DNA of 4,121 nucleotides, from the IMG/VR virus record IMGVR_UViG_2541047739_000010, one strand, 5' to 3'. This stretch comes from a virus (taxonomy: Duplodnaviria > Heunggongvirae > Uroviricota > Caudoviricetes). The translations under genes were made by a program, and so were the position numbers. The notes under the pieces were generated by a model, which worked only from the letters and a program-made list of their open reading frames with translations, was not told the DNA's origin and did not search any database. Each line of letters begins with the position of its first letter. Position 1 is the stretch's first letter. Below are positions 1-4,121 of this stretch, in pieces.

Positions 1-84
1 ATGGCGGGTTATTTGTCCTGGTTATTCCCCCGTTGTAAAATCTCACCTAAACTTAACGGTACGGCACCACACTTCGGGGATGAA

Positions 85-276
85 ATGTTCGCGCTGGTAC
101 TTTTTGTTTGCTACCTGGATGGCGGTTGTGAAGATATTGTTGTGGATGTCTACAACACGGAACAGCAGTGTCTTTATTCTATGAGCGATCAACGGATCCG
201 CCATGGCGGTTGTTTTCCGATTGAGGATTTTATAGATGGTTTCTGGCGACCTGCACAGGAATACGGTGATTTTTAA
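85..276 (+). CDS. yebW: Small conserved protein YebW (63 aa). The frame is open from window position 1, but the start is most likely the internal ATG at 85.
   Basis: The translation from the ATG at 85 (MFALVLFVCYLDGGCEDIVVDVYNTEQQCLYSMSDQRIRHGGCFPIEDFIDGFWRPAQEYGDF) matches E. coli YebW as I remember it. A GGGGA Shine-Dalgarno sits at 76-80, 4 nt upstream of that ATG, and the stop is TAA at 274-276. The gene lies next to pphA as in E. coli K-12. The upstream part of the frame cannot be judged because the window starts at 1. Confidence 0.7.
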   Translation: MFALVLFVCYLDGGCEDIVVDVYNTEQQCLYSMSDQRIRHGGCFPIEDFIDGFWRPAQEYGDF

Positions 277-933
277 TTATTGCAATTGCACAAGAGTCAG
301 TTCGCCCCCAAAGACAGCACCGGTATCAATATAATGCAGGTTGCCAATATCCACGCGATGGCGCAACGGTGTATGACCAAACCAGAAATGATCAGCACCT
401 GTAATTCCCTGCCCTTTTTGGCGTTCACCTAATCGCGAGCGGCTCCACAAGACCTGATGCAAATCAACGTCCTTTTGCCATTCATAAACATCATCCGGAT
501 AATCGGCATGGGCAATAACATGTTTGCCGGTGCGACTGTGTACTTCAAGAATAAAGGGCAAATACTGACATTTTTCCAGCGCCGTTTTCGCTTGTTTCTG
601 TTGATAATCTGCCAGCGCAATAAACCAGTCGCCGCCATTCATCAACCATAAAGACATCTGCCGGGATACCAGCGCATCCATCGCCATCTGTTCATGATTG
701 CCTCTTACCGCACGAACCCAATGTTGTTCCAGTAACTGCAGGCAACGTAAACTTTGCGGCCCACGATCGATAACGTCTCCCACTGAGATAAGTAAATCTC
801 GCCACGGATCAAAACGACAATGCCATAATTTGCGGCGCAACTGCTCAAGACAACCGTGTATATCGCCTGAAAGCCAGATATGTCGCCATTGATGACCCGC
901 AATTCTCTGATAAACGGGCGCAGGCTGTTTCAT
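277..933 (-). CDS. pphA: Serine/threonine protein phosphatase 1 (calcineurin-like metallophosphoesterase, PP-lambda family), 218 aa.
   Basis: The translation MKQPAPVYQRIAGHQWRHIWLSGDIHG... carries the metallophosphoesterase signature motifs GDIHG, GDVIDRG and GNHE in the canonical order and matches E. coli PrpA/PphA from memory. The six-frame ORF begins one codon earlier at a TTG (936); the ATG at 933-931 with a GGAGG about 9 nt upstream is the likely true start. The stop codon directly abuts the yebW stop. Confidence 0.93.
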   Translation of the reverse strand: MKQPAPVYQRIAGHQWRHIWLSGDIHGCLEQLRRKLWHCRFDPWRDLLISVGDVIDRGPQSLRCLQLLEQHWVRAVRGNHEQMAMDALVSRQMSLWLMNGGDWFIALADYQQKQAKTALEKCQYLPFILEVHSRTGKHVIAHADYPDDVYEWQKDVDLHQVLWSRSRLGERQKGQGITGADHFWFGHTPLRHRVDIGNLHYIDTGAVFGGELTLVQLQ

Positions 934-1067
934 CAATATTTTCCTCCCGCGCTAAAGATCACATAATCTTAACAAGAATGTTAAAAAACGCTGGACTCAG
1001 ACAGTAGAGTGTGTGTTATGGTTGACTATAAAGTCAGCGAAGGGAATGCTTCTGGCTTTTAACAGAT

Positions 1068-1098
1068 AAAAAGAGACCGAACACGATTCCTGTTTTCG
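1068..1098 (-). ncRNA. sdsR: 3'-terminal remnant of the sRNA SdsR (RyeB): terminator stem-loop plus U-tract only, no promoter or body. Interpreted as the att core copy at the prophage-host junction.
   Basis: The plus strand reads AAAAAGAGACCGAAcACGATTCCTGTtTTCG, which is about 29 of 31 identical to the reverse complement of the SdsR 3' end as I recall it (...CGAAUACAGGAAUCGUAUUCGGUCUCUUUUU). Similarity ends abruptly at 1098/1099: the remaining ~70 nt of sdsR are absent and replaced by AT-rich sequence. The position about 130 bp from the pphA start fits the K-12 pphA-ryeA/sdsR-yebY order. The comparison is from memory, not a search. Confidence 0.55.
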
Positions 1099-1279
1099 TC
1101 AACAAACAACAAAATCTTTTAGAATTAATGTGTTAAATAAATTTATGCTCATCTTTTAATCTCTAACACGTACTATTACATATTAATACATTCAATTAGT
1201 TACCATTTTTTTCGAGTTTTTTAGAGAAATTTTCGGGAATATTTCAGGTCAATCCATGCATACACAAGCAATTCCTGTA

Positions 1280-1309
1280 TTGAATAATTCCGTAGCAATT
1301 ATGTAAAAT
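1280..1309 (+). promoter_or_regulatory. Candidate sigma70-type promoter: -35 TTGAAT (1280-1285), 18-nt spacer, -10 TAAAAT (1304-1309).
   Basis: This is a sequence-motif match only. The -10 keeps the critical TAnnnT positions and is preceded by TG. The predicted start near 1316-1318 coincides with the 5' arm of a stem that is followed by a Rho-independent terminator. Confidence 0.3.
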
Positions 1310-1316
1310 CATCTCC

Positions 1317-1400
1317 GGCTGATTTTCATTCAAACTCGCGCTATCGAACGTCCATCAGCCAGCCGCAGTATCCTGTCATGACAAGTTACTGCGGCTTTTT
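1317..1400 (+). ncRNA. Candidate ~85-nt structured small RNA in the prophage end region (hypothetical).
   Basis: Stem-loop 1 pairs GGCTGAT (1317-1323) with ATCAGCC (1354-1360) around a ~30-nt loop. It is followed directly by a 9-bp GC-rich terminator hairpin (1362-1395) and a T-tract (1396-1400), with the candidate promoter just upstream. No ORF of meaningful length lies in the interval. Confidence 0.3.
1362..1400 (+). terminator. Rho-independent terminator for plus-strand transcription; possibly weakly bidirectional.
   Basis: A perfect 9-bp stem, GCCGCAGTA (1362-1370) with TACTGCGGC (1387-1395), encloses a loop containing the palindrome TGTCATGACA and is followed by TTTTT (1396-1400). On the minus strand the hairpin is preceded by an A/T-rich tract but not followed by a U-tract, so it should work mainly for the plus strand. 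It lies 12 nt from the stop of the 95-aa gene. Confidence 0.6.
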
Positions 1401-1411
1401 ACTTTTTATAT

Positions 1412-1699
1412 TTAACGGTTCAACATCCAGATCAGCAGACACGCCACCACCGGCACAGCAAAATCCATCAGGCTTGCCACATCCCATGCACGTGGATCAA
1501 AACCGCCCCACCAAGGCATGTTAATCCGCTTGCCATGCCCGAACATTTCAATCCAGCGATATTCTGCCTGGGTGTGTTCACGCGCAATGAAGAACGTACA
1601 ACCGGCTATCGCCCCGTAAGCCCAGTTTCCGGTAAAAAGACCAGCCAGTACCTGCACCGCCACGGCACAAAGCGCATGAAGTATCGACGTGATATCCAT
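1412..1699 (-). CDS. Hypothetical small membrane protein (95 aa, 2-3 predicted transmembrane segments); prophage cargo gene of unknown function.
   Basis: The ATG at 1699-1697 has an AGGATAG Shine-Dalgarno about 7 nt upstream. Hydrophobic segments are ILHALCAVAVQVLAGLFTGNWAYGAIAGCTFFIA and VASLMDFAVPVVACLLIWML, separated by a Trp-rich polar loop. By eye the GC content is noticeably higher than in the flanking prophage DNA. It is the last gene before the junction and sits only 9 nt after the preceding gene. I do not recognise the family. Confidence 0.7.
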   Translation of the reverse strand: MDITSILHALCAVAVQVLAGLFTGNWAYGAIAGCTFFIAREHTQAEYRWIEMFGHGKRINMPWWGGFDPRAWDVASLMDFAVPVVACLLIWMLNR

Positions 1700-1708
1700 C
1701 TGCTATCC

Positions 1709-1987
1709 TTAAAACCACTCCCTGAGCGGGCGCTCTGGTGTAACCACCCACTCACGGAACACGGAATCATCAAATCCATCGTCAAGAAGACGGATATTAA
1801 CAAAGTACCCTTCGTTTCGCGTGTATTCTGGTTCTCCGTCATCAGAAACATCTGTCTCCCTGAACGTAAAACCAATCTCATCAACCAGAACGGCATTCTG
1901 CAGCTCTTCGTCCTCTTCCCAGTTAAGTTTCCTGAGAAATGCCCTGAAATCTGCTTTATCACTGAAACGCAACGTGAAATCTCTCAC
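1709..1987 (-). CDS. Hypothetical acidic protein (92 aa) translationally coupled to the tail fiber gene; possible non-canonical tail fiber chaperone or accessory protein.
   Basis: The GTG start at 1987-1985 overlaps the tail fiber TGA stop (1986-1984) as GTGA; there is no internal Met. Composition is protein-like and rich in Asp/Glu, whereas the overlapping 118-aa ORF in another frame is Arg-rich junk. It shows no resemblance to lambda Tfa as I recall it. Confidence 0.6.
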   Translation of the reverse strand: MRDFTLRFSDKADFRAFLRKLNWEEDEELQNAVLVDEIGFTFRETDVSDDGEPEYTRNEGYFVNIRLLDDGFDDSVFREWVVTPERPLREWF

Positions 1988-4053
1988 TCCACAACCTCCC
2001 CAAGCTGCGCATCTGTTAGCTCTTTATGCCAGAGACGAAAATTCCTCACATGCCCAAATAAATGGCGTAATCCTGCTGTAGTTTGTCCACCAATGCGAAT
2101 GGTTGCTGTACTCCGGATATATTCCCATGTGGTTTTTGTTTCGCTGGATATACGCCCGTTACTTACTGCACATGTAGACTGATCTGACTTTACACGCATC
2201 CCCATAACCATTTTTTTCAACGATGCGTTTTCGTTAACACGCCTATTTGATCCACCAATATCGCAATAAGGAAATCCGTCTGGCCCATCTGCCGAAGATC
2301 CGAAGCCAAGAATAATAGCCGCTCCGGTTTGATGACCGCCGGTATCAAAAACACGTGGCGCTGCATTTGGCGTTTTATACCAGTTCTTATGTACCTCACA
2401 AAGAACCGTAAAAGGAAGATTATAAAGATTATTCTTAATCGGAACTGTAACCATATCGCTTGCCCGCGTTACCGGTGCCGTCCCCGTAACAATAAAAGAT
2501 GATGCGCCTGTACCAGCCTCAATCTGTGGAGTGGTTACATCGAGATAATCCCCTGATGCAACCATCTGCCCTGTATCCGGAGAATACTGGACAAAACCAC
2601 CAACCGTATTTTCTGTTGTATCTGCTTTTAATGTAGCCTCAAAAAATATCCAGCCAGTTGCATCATCCTTAACAGACCTTGCTGTAACACGGCTTGTCTG
2701 ACCTGTCTTGCTAATTATGCGGGTGGTAAGGTTCAGGTTTGCTGCTCCTATTGATGTCCTTACCTCCCCATCATAATGTTCAAATAAAATACGAACGGCG
2801 ATATTATCAACTTCACTTTTTACCCGACAGGATATAGTTACATGCTTTTCGTCCCCTGAAGTATCAACCCCTCCGGTACTCGAATACAGTCCGATAATGG
2901 TATGCGCTTTACTTGTACCAACAATCGAATCCTGTACGACAAACCGGCCATAATTAAACCCGAAACTATCTGTGCCTGTTTCTGTAACGTCCAGTGAAGT
3001 TGACTTATTCCACTTCGAAGGGTCTGTACTGTTCGGGAAGAAGTTCGTTCTTTGCCCCTCAATAAGCAGGCCATCACACTCAAATCGTGGCTCATTAATT
3101 TCCGCCGTTTTCAGTTCGCCAGATTTGTTGATATATGTTGCCGTTGATGCGCGACTGAAATTAACCTGTTTATCACTGGCAACCTGAACCACATTATCAC
3201 CAATCTTCACTTTTTTATAACCCGGAGAATAGCCCGTAATCATATCCAGCGAATCATTAAAGGGTATCCACACATCCGGCAGCGGCTGTAAAACATATCT
3301 GTACGGCTCTGCTGTCTGGTTTGCGTATTCTCTGGCAGCATCTTCACTTGCTTTTGCTGCCGTCTGGCTTGCTGCCGATGCTTTCGCCGAGTTCGCCGCC
3401 GCTGTTTCGCTCACCTTTGCGTTGGCTTCACTGTCTTTGGCATTCGTCTCACTGGTTTTCGCTGCCGTCTGGCTGGATTTTGCGTTTTTTTCGCTGGCCT
3501 TTGTGGCTGTCTCGCTATTTTTCGCGCTGGTTTCTGATTTTTTGGCTGCTGTCGCGGAGTTTGCCGATGCAGTCTGCGAGGCCGCTGCCGCCTGTGCGCT
3601 GTTAGCTGCATTCGTTTCTGAGGTTTTCGCCGCGTTCTTCGATGATGCCGCTGCAGTTTCGGATTTCTTTGCTGCCGCTGCGCTCTGTGATGATGCTCCG
3701 GCATGACGTGCCACTTCATTCACCATCAGCTCAAAACGGCGCAGTGCCTCCGGACGAACATCATCCTCCGTCATGGCACCGAGAAAATCATTCAGCGTAC
3801 CTGGTCTGGAACCTTCATAGACGGTAATGGTCCCAACATGTGATGGCTGAGAACCCTCAATCCACAGGATGACGCTGTACTGACCATACTCAACGTCCAT
3901 ACTGTAACGCCCGGCTTCATCCGGATTTTCAGAGGCCACCGTGTTCACCAGTACCGTGGTGCTGTTACGCTTTGCCTTCAGTTGAATAGTGCAGTTCTGT
4001 ATTGGTTTTCCCGCACCATCTTTCAGCACACCTGAGATTTTTACTGCTGCCAT
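1984..4053 (-). CDS. stf: Lambdoid side tail fiber protein (Stf family), about 689 aa, mosaic: conserved N-terminal domain, Ala/Ser/Thr-rich SETNA-type repeats, and a divergent C-terminal receptor-binding region that probably ends in a LamG/ConA-like jelly-roll domain.
   Basis: The N-terminus MAAVKISGVLKDGAGKPIQNCTIQLKAKRNSTTVLVNTVASENPDEAGRYSMDVEYGQYSVIL... is nearly identical to the lambda Stf N-terminus from memory. The repeat region (KKSETAA, KTSETNA, KNSETAT...) resembles the lambda Stf repeats. The C-terminal end, GHVRNFRLWHKELTDAQLGE, resembles the characteristic end of laminin-G-like domains. The six-frame ORF starts at a GTG (4059); the ATG at 4053-4051 with a GGAG 5 nt upstream is preferred. 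Confidence 0.9.
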   Translation of the reverse strand: MAAVKISGVLKDGAGKPIQNCTIQLKAKRNSTTVLVNTVASENPDEAGRYSMDVEYGQYSVILWIEGSQPSHVGTITVYEGSRPGTLNDFLGAMTEDDVRPEALRRFELMVNEVARHAGASSQSAAAAKKSETAAASSKNAAKTSETNAANSAQAAAASQTASANSATAAKKSETSAKNSETATKASEKNAKSSQTAAKTSETNAKDSEANAKVSETAAANSAKASAASQTAAKASEDAAREYANQTAEPYRYVLQPLPDVWIPFNDSLDMITGYSPGYKKVKIGDNVVQVASDKQVNFSRASTATYINKSGELKTAEINEPRFECDGLLIEGQRTNFFPNSTDPSKWNKSTSLDVTETGTDSFGFNYGRFVVQDSIVGTSKAHTIIGLYSSTGGVDTSGDEKHVTISCRVKSEVDNIAVRILFEHYDGEVRTSIGAANLNLTTRIISKTGQTSRVTARSVKDDATGWIFFEATLKADTTENTVGGFVQYSPDTGQMVASGDYLDVTTPQIEAGTGASSFIVTGTAPVTRASDMVTVPIKNNLYNLPFTVLCEVHKNWYKTPNAAPRVFDTGGHQTGAAIILGFGSSADGPDGFPYCDIGGSNRRVNENASLKKMVMGMRVKSDQSTCAVSNGRISSETKTTWEYIRSTATIRIGGQTTAGLRHLFGHVRNFRLWHKELTDAQLGEVVE
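3320..3700 (-). repeat. Intragenic imperfect tandem repeats encoding the Ala/Ser/Thr-rich fibrous shaft of the tail fiber.
   Basis: Repeated DNA motifs occur here, for example GCTGCCGTCTGGCT at roughly 3356-3369 and 3461-3474, together with repeated TTTCGCTGG-type units. This produces the cluster of spurious overlapping ORFs at 3321-3719 and corresponds to the protein repeats of the KxSETNA type. Confidence 0.5.
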
Positions 4054-4064
4054 ATCCACTCCAC

Positions 4065-4090
4065 AAAAAAGCCCGCCTGAACCGGCGGGC
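4065..4090 (-). terminator. Rho-independent terminator on the minus strand, immediately upstream of the tail fiber start.
   Basis: A perfect 7-bp GC stem, GCCCGCC (4071-4077) with GGCGGGC (4084-4090), encloses a 6-nt loop. The A-tract at 4065-4070 on the plus strand is a U-tract after the hairpin on the minus-strand transcript. It lies between the end of the upstream (unseen) gene and the stf ribosome-binding site. Confidence 0.55.
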
Positions 4091-4121
4091 TGTCATAACA
4101 CTGTGTTACCTGGCTAATCAG

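Larger units (their letters stand above)
1099..4121. mobile_element. Terminal segment of a lambdoid prophage (tail-fiber end, attR-like side). It continues beyond the window end.
   Basis: The segment holds a lambda Stf-like tail fiber gene followed by two small cargo genes, all transcribed toward the junction as in lambda (J-stf-tfa-b region-att). An AT-rich ~310-bp non-coding arm (1100-1411) lies next to the sdsR core remnant. The break in sdsR similarity at 1098/1099 marks the boundary. Confidence 0.75.

Noticed and set aside
1-84. N-terminal extension of the yebW frame (ORF open from position 1, beginning MAGYLSWLF...).
   Set aside because: Known YebW is 63 aa and starts at the internal ATG at 85, which has a GGGGA Shine-Dalgarno. 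The window edge prevents assessing whether the upstream frame is real or belongs to the yebV region.
429-902. Four 64-69-aa ORFs on both strands inside pphA (429..638 -, 457..651 +, 698..892 +, 705..902 -).
   Set aside because: They lie entirely within the well-supported pphA CDS in other frames or on the opposite strand, and have low-complexity or Arg/Cys-rich junk composition.
937-1067. Specific sigma32 or sigma70 promoter calls for pphA and ryeA.
   Set aside because: Only weak hexamer matches are visible (for example TTGACT at 1022-1027). I could not support a confident promoter assignment from sequence alone.
1099-1411. Full-length sdsR or a small protein gene in the junction-proximal non-coding arm.
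   Set aside because: No sequence resembling the SdsR body (for example the GGCTCTTGGGAGAGAGCC stem) is present. The only plus-strand ORFs I found are 16 aa or less, and the AT-rich composition makes longer minus-strand frames unlikely.
1709-1987. Canonical lambda Tfa tail fiber assembly protein.
   Set aside because: The protein is half the size of Tfa and shows no similarity to the Tfa sequence as I recall it. It is kept as a hypothetical protein instead.
1535-2182. A 215-aa plus-strand ORF, a 118-aa minus-strand ORF (1606..1962) and an 86-aa plus-strand ORF (1821..2081).
   Set aside because: They overlap the protein-like 95-aa, 92-aa and stf genes, have no ribosome-binding site, and have composition typical of off-frame translation.
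3320-3700. Possible CRISPR array suggested by the short repeats.
   Set aside because: The repeats are imperfect, irregularly spaced and in-frame coding for the fiber shaft. There is no repeat-spacer periodicity and no cas genes.
2217-3827. Several 60-102-aa ORFs within the tail fiber gene, including Arg-rich and Ala/Phe-rich ones at 3321-3719.
   Set aside because: They are artefacts of the repetitive GC-rich fiber coding sequence and are fully contained within the stf CDS.

Overview
The window spans a host-prophage junction in an E. coli-like enterobacterial chromosome. Bases 1-~1098 are host DNA: yebW (+) and the serine/threonine phosphatase gene pphA (-), converging with abutting stop codons, then the pphA-proximal part of the ryeA/sdsR small-RNA locus. 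Only the last ~31 nt of sdsR (its terminator) are present, at 1068-1098; sequence beyond that is AT-rich and unrelated to sdsR, which I read as a prophage attachment-site junction at this known insertion hot spot. Bases ~1099-4121 are the end of a lambdoid prophage, with three tightly packed minus-strand genes reading toward the junction: a mosaic side tail fiber (lambda Stf-like N-terminus, Ala/Ser/Thr-rich repeats, divergent C-terminal domain), a 92-aa acidic protein coupled to it by a GTGA overlap, and a 95-aa GC-richer membrane protein. The most interesting candidates are that two-gene cargo module, which has no canonical Tfa chaperone, and a possible ~85-nt structured small RNA with its own promoter and terminator in the ~310-bp non-coding stretch beside the junction. 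All homology calls come from reading the translations and from memory of the families; no database search was run.
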